Of a stretch of 64,000 nt of DNA, positions 61,401 to 64,000 are shown in pieces. The stretch is from Oikopleura dioica (Eukaryota > Animalia > Chordata). The stretch covers positions 9,486,001-9,550,000 of the forward strand of contig OU015567.1 of assembly GCA_907165135.1 (NCBI GenBank), written 5' to 3'. A program made the translations under genes and the position numbers. Positions within the stretch are counted from its first letter, which is position 1; the number at the start of each line of letters is the position of its first letter. The notes under the pieces were generated by a model. That model had not been told where the DNA came from. It did not search any database and saw only the letters and a program-made list of their open reading frames with translations.

Positions 61401-63695
61401 ATACAGAAACTATCTAAGCAGGGACCCCTCATTCCTGTATGGTATCCTTGATCGTAAAATTCATCGCCTAAATTTTATGTCGGAAGTGATCAAAGAAGAA
61501 AGGAACGTCAGGCCATCCGGGGCACGGACGGGTGTAACGGGCATGCCACTTATGTCGGCTTTCGTTTCGCTTACCTGTGTAGGGATGTAACGCACGCAGT
61601 TCACCCAGTTGCCCCTCCAGAATGACAGGAAACCGTCGTTTTTAAAGACCCGCTTGGCGCAATCAAGAACTCCTCTGTAAGGCCTGAAAGAAATGTTTGA
61701 AAATATCATCCTTTTTTGTGGCAAGTAAAAAAGAAGAATCTTTAAATTTCTGACTCATTCATTTTTTTGAAAAAGAAATCGGAAGAACGGATGTTCCGTT
61801 TAGAAACGACCGTTCCTGTTCACATTTGTCATTCTTATCGTGGGTGATAACTCATTAGAGCTTCTCGTCCAGATTTTGCCAACAGTAGCTGATTACCGAC
61901 CGCCATGTGGGTACATCCATTATTTTTCCGGATTATTTTTTTTGTTATGGCAGAGCATAAGACGGAAGGGTTGATGGTTGGTTCTGGGAAGATAGGTGGA
62001 GTTTTAGCAGATTATGGCTTTTGCCCTTCCTTGTTATTTTCAAGTTAGATCATTGTTCGTGGAAGCTCTGTAATCATGAGGTTGAACCTTTGCTCTCACG
62101 TGAGTGGTGGACCTTAAGAGTACGAGATACTGATAAGGGGGTGTAAATGGTTCTCGTTTGGGTGGTCGCCTGTGGTTTACGAAAATCGTTATCTGCGGAG
62201 GGTGAACAAACTTTAGGAATTGCTGAAGTAACGATGATTTTTTCGATGTTCCATTTCAAGCTCAATACAGTACGTCTTGCGCAAGTGCTGACGACTTGTT
62301 GAGTTGTATGTCAAAATAAGTTTAGGGCGTGCTGCGCGGATTGAAAATTGTAAAACAAATATTCGAAGCACCTGTCGAGGACGCCTTGCTTGATAAGTTC
62401 GTTTTGGTTCTGCATTAATATCTTTATCCGCTCTACAGGAGCCGCGGATGTTTTCGACACGCATGCCGCGAAGCCTTAAGGAGCAGGGTTCAGAAATAAT
62501 CGCATCTTCTAACTTAGGATCATATCTTTTAGCCAAGAACACTCTTTACTCAAATGTTTTCCTTTCGAAAATCGACTTCAATTAACGCTAGCTCGCCGGT
62601 TTACTGGAAGACACATCCTGTCTTTCCTGCTCATGTTTTTGCCACTTATTTAATCAAAAGTGATTCGGAGCACCACTTGGTCAATTTTAAGGTCGCTATT
62701 AACCCTTTCTTCTATCCTTTTTGCAGCGCTGGGGGGATTAAAATAAATTAAAAATTGCAACTCGTCAGAAGACGTAAACATGGGTAAGACCCTTAAGTTC
62801 AAGTCGTTAGGTTTACCGACGAACTGATCCAGAACACTGTCTGTTTATTTCGACAACTTTTTATCCGAAAGAATTCCTTATCAGTGAAAATATTTGGACC
62901 GCACAAGTCCTCTAAGTATACGACATGGCTAAAACAATACAATTCGAGGTGCGTTTTACTCCCTGCAACGCACGTGAAGCAGTTTACACGATGCATGTTG
63001 CAAATGTCAAGTACGAAAAAACTAGCGCTACCTTAAGTCAATTATAATTGATGTTAACTCAGCGGAGCACGAATTAATAGAGAGCCACTTATTGACAATT
63101 TATTTCTTGTTGACTTTACAAGCTCTTTGACGCCGATAACAAAATTATTTTCTTTTAAAATCGTTGTTTACAAGTCTAAATTTGTTCAAAAATGATGAAA
63201 TATGTCAAGCGTCGAATTCAAGAGAGCCCTACTAAGTCTTATCAGTTCATGGTTCAATATACCGAAAACACGCAGATAAGTAGCGACCCATTCCAATTAA
63301 TACCCATGCAGTTTTTTTCGTGGACCGATTTTCATCGCAAAAACAATGTAAAAATAAGGATAGAAGTTCAAATTTAAAAAAGATAACAGACCCTAAAGTA
63401 CCGGGCTTTGGTCAACGATAACGTTCGCCCTATCTAAATAAAACTACTCAGATAAGCACGGGTTTGCCAGACTTTGCCCTTGTGGCTAATATCAGGTCAC
63501 TCTAGGAAAACGCATGTTTAGACGAGTTCCGAAATCAAGCTGACAAATTCGAATATCAAAAAATTATACGCCGTACTTTTTTTTCCAAATTCAACCTGTT
63601 GCCAAATTATTTAATTAATCCGCAAGTCACAGTCTTGATTATTTCCGAACCCTGACGGAGAGGCCAAAGTTCTCGGCGGGTGACAGGCGTTTCAT
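55456..63695 (-). CDS. ANT: Mitochondrial ADP/ATP carrier (AAC/ANT, SLC25A4-family), about 300 aa; exons 63657-63695, 62372-62474, 61575-61683, 61435-61467, 60026-60122, 58934-59108, 57888-57968, 55626-55795, 55456-55553
   Basis: [65 protein letters not shown], and the AAC signature [15 protein letters not shown], followed by NANLLRA. Confidence 0.95.
57191..57789. mobile_element. TTAA-flanked MITE (piggyBac-like, 599 bp) inside an ANT intron
   Basis: TTAA-CGC(A/T)TGAACGCA termini; long subterminal inverted match GAACGCATATTGCGCAGATTTCTGCGCAG; internal CCTAACCCTAACCC. Confidence 0.8.
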
Positions 63696-64000
63696 TCTAA
63701 TGAAGATTAATTTGAATTTCAGACGTCTTCCGCTTTTCACCAGGTCATGGTCAAGCCATTCAAATTTATTCGCAAACGTTCTCAAGAGACATTCTCTTGA
63801 TGCACAGCCGAGTTTGGTCACGAAGGAATTGCATATTCAATCTTTTGGCAGTAAAAAGTAATATGGCAGGGGAACATTTTTCTTCGTGAAATTTTCTCGA
63901 CTTCTGGTTTTTTGTTTGTTTTTGAACAAATAAGAGATTTTTCGATGGAATGCCAAAGTAAATTTAAAAAATGACCGGCATTCAATGACTAATTTCAAAA

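Noticed and set aside
63639-63821. N-terminal extension of ANT from the upstream ATG at 63821
   Set aside because: A TTCATTAG acceptor directly precedes ATG 63695 and homology starts there. The extension is formally possible but unsupported.
1-64000. CRISPR arrays, rRNA, tRNA, snRNA or SL-RNA genes
   Set aside because: No regularly spaced direct repeats with unique spacers and no recognisable structural RNA sequence; the DNA is eukaryotic and intron-rich.

Overview
This is compact eukaryotic DNA, AT-rich, with many 30-60 nt introns and several junctions that need GA or other non-GT donors. It is most consistent with a larvacean tunicate such as Oikopleura; that assignment is an inference. 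From left to right the window holds: the 3' end of an unknown gene; a LAMTOR5/roadblock-like gene head-to-head with a 15 kb VPS13B; and a heparan-sulfate 3-O-sulfotransferase-like gene nested antisense that fills about 97% of one VPS13B intron. Next are two divergently oriented paralogous secreted-peptide genes (shared SFNRGLNNxRTH motif), separated by a piggyBac-type MITE, two hAT MITEs with perfect 8-bp TSDs, and a cleanly spliced orphan gene missing from the ORF track. These are followed by a secreted protein with degenerate sushi-like repeats, an XBP1-family bZIP gene whose frame is open without IRE1 splicing, and a third, strongly cationic secreted peptide. After a gene-poor stretch with Kolobok-type MITEs come an EGF-ZP-TM gene and an ADP/ATP carrier of the fungal/plant-like QNQ...RRRMMMTSG type with unusually long introns, two of them GA-AG. 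The most novel-looking signal is that all three small secreted-peptide genes carry the same TAGCGCCA element, in sense orientation, just upstream of a TATA-like box. No CRISPR, rRNA, tRNA or SL-RNA gene was recognised. Exon structures were threaded by eye and need transcript confirmation.
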